IMG/VR virus record: IMGVR_UViG_2724679462_000001
DNA from: an uncultured virus (IMG/VR IMGVR_UViG_2724679462_000001)
Lineage: Duplodnaviria > Heunggongvirae > Uroviricota > Caudoviricetes
Length of the DNA: 64,000 bases
Reading direction: 5' to 3' (one strand)
The notes beneath the pieces were generated by a model that saw only the letters and a program-made list of their open reading frames with translations, was not told the origin of the DNA and searched no databases. The translations under genes were made by a program, and so were the position numbers. Position 1 is the stretch's first letter; each line of letters begins with the position of its first letter. Below are positions 59,453 through 64,000 of the stretch, piece after piece.

Positions 59453-61186
59453 TCAATGGCAATCGAGCGAAACTGTAGTACAAGAATCCAGAATTCCCAC
59501 CGCATTACCGCCGTTCCAGCTGTAGTAATCGTTGTTGTGAGTAATACAAGCACGGAAGGATTGTGGGGGGACTTCGTCTCCAACGACGTTGCTGAACGTT
59601 TCTGAAAACGTGTAGGTGAGTGAGGAAGCGCCACCCGTCAACGTACAACTCGGAGAGCCAACACCTACAGGCGTCGCTTGCCATCCGGCAGAACACGACA
59701 TGGCGTCGCCCGGTCCGGCGCAGCCAACGCATCCAGGGAATTTTCCGAGATAGGGTATAAGCTGATCGCCAGTCGCCTGTCCGGTTCCGCGTCCTTCGAC
59801 CTTTATGCTGTATGTCGGTCCCCACTTCCCAGCGCCGAAGCCACTGGTTACATCGACGTTGTCGGCAATCTTTGTGCAACTAGTGCTCGTGACAGATGCA
59901 GCGGCGCAGTTTACGACACTTCCGTTGCCGGTGCATACAACGAAGGAATCTGCCTCGTCCCAGTATGCGAACATCTGGGCCGCGGCGCCTACCGTGCTTA
60001 CAAGTCCTTGCGCGACGGTAAGTGCGGTCCATGCCTTAACCACGAACCCGCCCACATTTAGGGTCGGCCAGACCTTGCTTGCAAAGGAGGCAAACAGCGT
60101 ACTGAAGGACGGCAGGAGTCCGCAAGAGGAGAACTGTTTGTATGGTGCGCTGCCGGTAGAACTGATCGGCAAGACGCTTGCGAAGTACGCCCCGGCGGTA
60201 GTCCCGCTGGGCTGGACGACAAAGCTTGGGAATTGATCATTGAACACCCGCTCGGCCACCGATATGACGCAATTCGTCAATTCCGGTTTTGGATAGAGCT
60301 TAGCGGTGCTCGAATACAGAAAAAGCATGTATTTGACAAACGCTGCGACGCCGTTGATGCGTCGTGTCACGGGGTTTTGAACTAAATTAAGCTTGAAATT
60401 TGGCGATTGCCCTTTTACAAGTGTTGTCGACGCGCTCCCACCGTAGTACGCAAAGAGCTGACCCACCGTACTTTGCAAAGGCGGGATTTTAGTCGGCTCG
60501 GGTCCGTCGGTATAAACTACCCAGGTTATAAAGGTATCGTTGTTGACCGTAACGTTATTCTGTCCGGCGTCCGTCAACCAAATTTTCGAAAATGGTTCTG
60601 TTCCATTAAGAAGATAGAACGGTAGTGGCGTAGTGACGAGTGTGGTCGTGTCCAGGGTCTTGCCAACCGCACTTGTCTTTGCAGTTGACGAAGACGCAAT
60701 TGCTGCACTGGCATCAAGTGCTACCGCCCATGCCGCGTTAACGGTTTTATTGTCGGACAGCGGTGAAATGCCGGCTTCTAGATCCCGCTGTGCGCTTTCG
60801 GACAAGGCCTGGAACTGAGAAGAGGATTGGATTGCTTTCGTTATCTGGTCGGCTGTCAAGCCTGCGGGGATAGCCGCGAGGTCGAGCGCGATTCGTACCA
60901 TGGCGACGACCGTACTCGTGCGGTCAAGTACCCCGTTGGCGCTTCCAAGTGAGAGAAGATATGGGTTACCTGATGAATCGCCGGCGATTAGAAACGGCAC
61001 GGTTCCGTCTGGCTGGAGTGGCAGAATCGACCCGGGGACGTAATCAGCATCGGACGACGAAATAGTCGTAATTAGCTTCGTTGTGGCGGGGGGAACTGAG
61101 GCAGCAATCGACTGGTCGCCACCGCAGCCCACAACCGCAACTATCATGGCCGCAGCAACACACAAGAGAATGAACCGAGCTTTCAT
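59453..61186 (-). CDS. Large lipoprotein of unknown function
   Basis: MKARFILLCVAAAMIVAVVG-C lipobox; GAGG RBS; Cys-rich C-terminal part; AT-richer codons. Confidence 0.75.
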   Translation of the reverse strand: MKARFILLCVAAAMIVAVVGCGGDQSIAASVPPATTKLITTISSSDADYVPGSILPLQPDGTVPFLIAGDSSGNPYLLSLGSANGVLDRTSTVVAMVRIALDLAAIPAGLTADQITKAIQSSSQFQALSESAQRDLEAGISPLSDNKTVNAAWAVALDASAAIASSSTAKTSAVGKTLDTTTLVTTPLPFYLLNGTEPFSKIWLTDAGQNNVTVNNDTFITWVVYTDGPEPTKIPPLQSTVGQLFAYYGGSASTTLVKGQSPNFKLNLVQNPVTRRINGVAAFVKYMLFLYSSTAKLYPKPELTNCVISVAERVFNDQFPSFVVQPSGTTAGAYFASVLPISSTGSAPYKQFSSCGLLPSFSTLFASFASKVWPTLNVGGFVVKAWTALTVAQGLVSTVGAAAQMFAYWDEADSFVVCTGNGSVVNCAAASVTSTSCTKIADNVDVTSGFGAGKWGPTYSIKVEGRGTGQATGDQLIPYLGKFPGCVGCAGPGDAMSCSAGWQATPVGVGSPSCTLTGGASSLTYTFSETFSNVVGDEVPPQSFRACITHNNDYYSWNGGNAVGILDSCTTVSLDCH

Positions 61187-61396
61187 CGCGGACCTCGACG
61201 CTCAGTAAAGGGCGTTGCTCTACTGATGACAGCTTAGTGGAGAGACACCAGACGTCAAGGCGAACCTGACTCCCGGTACGTTGCCGCCTCGCAAAACTCT
61301 TACCTAAGGCGCTAAATAAAAGAGCGCAGGCATAAAGGCCCGGGCGATCGCCCAGGCATCTATTTCGTTCTATCGGACCGACAGCGCCCGCAGTTA

Positions 61397-62218
61397 TTAG
61401 CCGAAGATCTGTTTATAACTGTCAGCGAGTCGGCCGTCGTAATTGTTCTGCGCGTGCTGGTTCTTGCCATTGTACTGATTGGCAAACGTCGTCCAGTCGC
61501 GCGCACGGAGCGCCGTGATCATGGCTCCGCCGTTCATGTCTTCCAGGAAGTTGCAGAACGCGTCGAGCTGGTTCGATTCGCTCACTGCCATCGCGGCCAC
61601 GTAATCCTCCACCGACCGGTAGCCGGCCTGGATGTAGTAGTAGCCCATGATCTGGAAGAGGCCCCAGGACGCGGAGCGCATCGCGAGACCCGGTGCAACG
61701 CCGTGCTGTTGCAGAATCGCTTCCGCTTGATTCAGACGATCCCACTCTTGCGTGCCGCCGAGATAGCCGCCCGGATCCGGGTTGATGAGGTTCGGATACT
61801 GTGCGACGAGCTGGTTGATCTGCGTCTGCGACATCACGGTCTGCAGCGTGCGATACAACTGATGACGCTCGAAGAGGATCGTGCATCGACCATCGTTCAG
61901 AAAGCCTGCACCCGAGGTCTCTACTTGACACACGGTTTGTACCGTTGCGACGTCCACACCGAGCCGATGACCGGCTTCTTGATAGGCAGCAAGGCTCAGG
62001 TACTTCTGCGCGATGAAGGGCTCCAGATAAGCCTGTGTCGCGACGTCATAAATGCCCGTGACCGTGAGGTGGTTCTTCGACTGGTAGACGCAAAGCGCAG
62101 AGACGGATTTCGGACCGAACTGCCCGTCGACAGTGAGATTCGCGCCCGTCTTTTCGTTCAGTGCGCGTTGGATGAGTTTGGCTTTGGCGGTATTGATATT
62201 CGGAGGCAGTGCGCTCAT
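61397..62218 (-). CDS. Modular endolysin: PG-binding domain + DUF3380 N-acetylmuramidase
   Basis: VDGQFGPKS..AL..YQ; VETSGAGF, ILFERH, SASWGLFQIMG, FANQYNG. Confidence 0.9.
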   Translation of the reverse strand: MSALPPNINTAKAKLIQRALNEKTGANLTVDGQFGPKSVSALCVYQSKNHLTVTGIYDVATQAYLEPFIAQKYLSLAAYQEAGHRLGVDVATVQTVCQVETSGAGFLNDGRCTILFERHQLYRTLQTVMSQTQINQLVAQYPNLINPDPGGYLGGTQEWDRLNQAEAILQQHGVAPGLAMRSASWGLFQIMGYYYIQAGYRSVEDYVAAMAVSESNQLDAFCNFLEDMNGGAMITALRARDWTTFANQYNGKNQHAQNNYDGRLADSYKQIFG

Positions 62219-62332
62219 GGTGGTCCAGTCCTGTGAGTATGCGGCGTTAAACCTCCACCCCAGAAGCCCAATACGTCGGGCCTCCGGAGTGAAGGTCGTC
62301 ACAGGATGGATGTGCGACTTTTGAAGCGAGAC

Positions 62333-63106
62333 TTACTTGCCGAAGTAAGCCGTGAGACGCGTGCGACCCTTCTCGGTCAGGCCGTATGCGAGCAGCGGCT
62401 GGAAGTCGACTTGCTTGAGCACAGCCTGGCGGGACTTCGGATCGGCGAGCGTCTTGAGCAGCGTGACGATCTTCTCGAAGCCCTTGCGATGCTCCTTCGA
62501 GAGGGGCACGTGTTGCACGAAGCGGAACACATGCGTCTCGCGCAGCGCACCTTCACGATGGTGATGAAAGAGGGCGAGGATCGCGGTGAGCGTCGGGCGG
62601 AAGTCGGCTTCGAGGTTGTTGATCGCCGAGATAAGCGCCTGGTAGAAGTTGACCTGCTGTTGCGTACCGTCCTTCACGGAGATCGGCATGCCGGGCTTCA
62701 TCTTGTCCAGATACTCGTTGATCGTGTTGAGCACGATCTTCGCCGGAATCGAGGCGTCCTTCATCAGGTTCTCGATCTGCCGCTTCACTTCTTCGGCCGT
62801 GCTGGTGGCGCCGACCACAGCGACTGATACGGGCGCCTGAACCGGAGCCTCGGGCGCGGGTGCCGGCGTCGGAGCCGGTGCAACTACGGGAGCTGGGGAG
62901 ACGAGCGCGCCGGTGGCGCTACCGATCGCCGCTTGCGCGCTAGCGGCGGCCTTCTCAGCACTCGCGGCAGCGTCTTGCTGCGTGGCTGCACCGGTCATCT
63001 GCTGGGCGTCCGACTGGGTGATGGCGGGCGTCGGCGGCGTTTCCGGCGTGGTACCGGTCGCCGCTGCGTCCTGCTGGTCCTGCTGGTTCTCTTGAGCGTC
63101 GCTCAT
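62333..63106 (-). CDS. Jumbo-phage protein with Ala/Pro-rich N-terminal extension
   Basis: 257 aa; AAGGA RBS; globular C-terminal half. Confidence 0.65.
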   Translation of the reverse strand: MSDAQENQQDQQDAAATGTTPETPPTPAITQSDAQQMTGAATQQDAAASAEKAAASAQAAIGSATGALVSPAPVVAPAPTPAPAPEAPVQAPVSVAVVGATSTAEEVKRQIENLMKDASIPAKIVLNTINEYLDKMKPGMPISVKDGTQQQVNFYQALISAINNLEADFRPTLTAILALFHHHREGALRETHVFRFVQHVPLSKEHRKGFEKIVTLLKTLADPKSRQAVLKQVDFQPLLAYGLTEKGRTRLTAYFGK

Positions 63107-63131
63107 GGTGCTTTCCTTTCGAGGAGAGAGG

Positions 63132-64000
63132 TTAGATAAGGGCGGTCTTGTAGTTCATGCGAGCCACCTGCAGCGCGGACCCGTGCATCTTTTTCATAAA
63201 TAAAAGCAAGAAGATGTTTCCGTACTCGGCGATGGCAGCAGAGAGAGCGGTCGGACTGAGCGCGAGCTTCTCGCCCACGCATACAGCGCAGTAATCCGTC
63301 TTTTCCAGCTTGCAAAACATGGAGCTACGCAAGAGGATTTTCTTGCCCATGTACTGGCCGGCAGCCTCCAGGTCCGGGATCTTTTCGTGACCGTCTTGCG
63401 TCACCACGGAGAATCCCGGCAGCTTGTGGACGGAGTCGTTGTCGACATGGATCTCCAGACCGAGGCGCGCTCCGCAGTCTTCTTGCGTCACCGTCATGTT
63501 CGACGACGCTCGCAGCAGCCACTTCACGGCCTCACCGCCGAGCATGGTTTCCGCACCACGGTTGAACGAGCCCGCGCGAAGCGAGTTGTTCATCGCTGGG
63601 AACTTGTTGATGTCCCAACCTTCGGAGAGGGAGTTCTGGATGAGATCGACTTCGACGCCATCGCCCAGGCCCGACTCCGCGCCGTGCATCAGGAACAGCT
63701 TCGAGCGCACGACGTCGTAGGACTTCTTGGTGATGAGGAAGTTGGCACCTTCATCGTCCTTCAGATACTCCTTGTCGAATTCGATGAGCTTCTTCATGAT
63801 GCCCGCGATCACTGCCGGATCATTCAAGCGATCCTTGTTCTCTTCAAGCAGCTTCTTACGCAGCGCGAGAAGGCCGGGTGGCGCTTGCATCGTCTTGCGC
63901 GTCACGGCAGGTACGCACAACTGAGTGAAGCCCGCGAGGTAAAACATGGCGTCGCAGAACTTCAGGTACTCGCTAACGTAAATCGGCGCTACCTGTGCCT
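63132..64000 (-). CDS. Virion RNA polymerase beta-prime-like subunit (phiKZ gp80-like), 5' truncated by window edge
   Basis: SLSEG, RAGSFNRGAET..GG (bridge-helix-like), EDCG, RSSMFC..CAVCVG, FMKKMHG; frame open to window end. Confidence 0.8.
   Translation of the reverse strand, partial: AQVAPIYVSEYLKFCDAMFYLAGFTQLCVPAVTRKTMQAPPGLLALRKKLLEENKDRLNDPAVIAGIMKKLIEFDKEYLKDDEGANFLITKKSYDVVRSKLFLMHGAESGLGDGVEVDLIQNSLSEGWDINKFPAMNNSLRAGSFNRGAETMLGGEAVKWLLRASSNMTVTQEDCGARLGLEIHVDNDSVHKLPGFSVVTQDGHEKIPDLEAAGQYMGKKILLRSSMFCKLEKTDYCAVCVGEKLALSPTALSAAIAEYGNIFLLLFMKKMHGSALQVARMNYKTALI

Overview
The window looks like part of a high-GC phiKZ-like (nucleus-forming type) jumbo phage genome; a Burkholderiaceae-like host is only a guess from GC and signal-peptide style. 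The right half (36.7-64 kb) is an intact core virion/replication block whose order resembles phiKZ gp80-gp101 as I recall it: partial virion RNA polymerase beta-prime subunit, PG-binding + DUF3380 endolysin, N-terminal half of a split family-B DNA polymerase, HExxH virion protein, baseplate-size proteins, internal head proteins with S/A-X-E cleavage motifs and neck/tail proteins. The middle (19.7-36.6 kb) is accessory: thyA, frameshifted tmk, NADAR, an HNH-like protein, small membrane proteins and a paralogous virion protein family. The left (1.7-19.2 kb) is a 17.5 kb array of five promoter-and-hairpin-delimited modules of Ala/Ser-rich fibre stalks with varied tip proteins, back-to-back with a tRNA-Ala(CGC). 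Also notable: four unrelated exported proteins, a ~16-aa peptide shared by three unrelated proteins, distinct early and late promoter motifs, and gene lesions confined to accessory genes. No database searches were run; family calls rest on motifs read by eye.
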